Below are positions 62,573 to 64,000 of a DNA stretch of 64,000 nucleotides, piece by piece. Position 1 is the first letter of the stretch, and each line of letters begins with the position of its first letter. Both the position numbers and the translations under genes were made by a program. Origin of the DNA: Lama glama (taxonomy: Eukaryota); contig CM052818.1 of assembly GCA_028534125.1 (NCBI GenBank), positions 36,830,001 to 36,894,000 of the forward strand. Direction: 5' to 3'. The notes under the pieces were generated by a model. It was not told where the DNA came from, did no database searches, and worked only from the letters and a program-made list of their open reading frames with translations.

Positions 62573-63393
62573 CTCCAACACTGCGAGGGCTGCCCTGGTA
62601 AGCCGCCTCCTACTTCCTTCCTCCCTGCTCTCAGAGAGCCATTATTTGTAGGACTGTCTAGGTATACAGCTCATCCAATGCAACGCACGAATGAGGATGT
62701 CCGCTATCCTACGTGGCCATGCCTTGTGAGTTTATTCGGTGGAAATAAGAAGTAGAAGAGGGGTGGGGCATGGATTCTTGCCTTTGAGGACCAGTGACTG
62801 CACTCAGTGGTAATATATAGTTCAAGGAATGATCCGGCTTAAATAGCAGCTCCTGCTTCTGCAGCCTTCGCCAGTACCCTTTCTGCCTAATGTAGTACCT
62901 TGTACTGGGGTCTGTCACAGCCTATGTCCGCTTACGTGTCTATGGTGACCTCTTTGGGAGCAGCAGCCACATCTGTTCATCTTTGTAACCCAGTGGGTGG
63001 TGCAATGCCCAGGCCTCAGCAGGCTTTGGCTGACCATTTGTCAGAAGACTGAGGATGGAGACAACGGGTTTAGAGGTGATGGAGTCGTGCTGTTTGACTG
63101 AGGTCGGGGGTGTGTGACAGGAAGCAGGGGAAAGTCGGAGCAAGAGGGGAGGCTGGCGCCAGTCCACGGAGGGCCTGGGGTTCTGCCAGGAGGGAGCTCA
63201 CTGGGCGGGACAGAACCTGACAAAGACTGTTTCAGAGCTCCTAAGTGTACTCCAGTGTGGATACTGAGTCACAGACGACGGTTCACGTGGCAGAATGAAT
63301 TGGTCAGTATTAACCATGCTGCGGGTGAAGTCATCCAAGCGGAGAAACTGATATGCCTGAAACCTGAGTAGAGAAGGTTATTTTTTAATAGTA

Positions 63394-63640
63394 ACATTCA
63401 TTCATTCATTCAAAGATTCTACTATCTGGTCACTATATAGTGACCATGGACCAGACTCTGATGAATACACGTGGATGAATAATGCATAATTTGTCTTTGG
63501 ATAAATAAATATATAAGGTGTTTGTAAGACAGGAGAATATTTGGGATCCAGTGTACTTTATTCGGAGAACTGTGGGGCCACAAAGTAGGGTTCATCTTTA
63601 CCTGGAGGGTGGGTCAAAGGAAATTCCACAGAGCCAAGGT
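63394..63640 (-). mobile_element. L2 3' end fragment
   Basis: (cattc)n tail cattcattcattcattcaa followed by degenerate L2 sequence. Confidence 0.55.
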
Positions 63641-64000
63641 GTTCCCTACAATATTTACGACCAAGGCAGAGGTCCTTTATAGAAGTATTTCCTGAAGAAG
63701 ACTGGCATCCCTTGACAAAATTCTTCTGTGCTCAATTAGGTTCTGAAAATGGTTCATGCTCCATTCCCATCTTGGAATTCGCAGTGTGTGGTATTGTATT
63801 AAAGCTCCTTCAGAATTTGGTGGTGAAAACAAGCAATAAACAGAGTGCCAACTTATTTGGTTTGGTTTAACCTACCATTTTTCCCAAAGTGAGTTGGCCA
63901 CTGAACCTTTCTGTGGCAGAACACCTTTTAATATCTAAATATTTTAACACTCGTTACTGTCTCATACTTCTTAATATGTATCTTCACATTATAGTTTAGG

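Noticed and set aside
62372..62755. 127 aa plus-strand ORF near the window end
   Set aside because: Largely antisense to the Kanga1 transposase remnant; no independent coding evidence.
1..64000. tRNA, rRNA, snRNA genes or a recognisable processed pseudogene
   Set aside because: None recognised by eye; tRNAscan-SE, Infernal and BLASTx would be needed to exclude degenerate copies.

Overview
Eutherian mammal genomic DNA, intergenic or deep intronic. I found no intact protein-coding gene, RNA gene or CRISPR array. The window is a mosaic of ancient interspersed repeats: MIR, L2, L1M, MaLR/ERVL LTRs with two MaLR internal remnants, an orphan ERVL pol fragment, and hAT and Tc2/Kanga DNA transposons. 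It also holds three short younger L1 3' ends of cetartiodactyl type. I recognised no Alu, B1/B2, Bov-A/tA, PRE, CHR or SINEC SINEs, which points to a camelid (inference). Repeat family names come from recalled consensus sequences, not a database search, so subfamily labels and boundaries are approximate. The most interesting items are a ~3.7 kb repeat-free block (25.65-29.4 kb) that may be a decayed minus-strand giant exon, several motif-dense candidate enhancers, a minus-strand bias of retroelements at 23-54 kb, and small mutational footprints (a 46 bp templated copy, a perfect 20 bp palindrome, an L1 TSD with reciprocal CpG decay). I cannot support a new biological system from this sequence alone.
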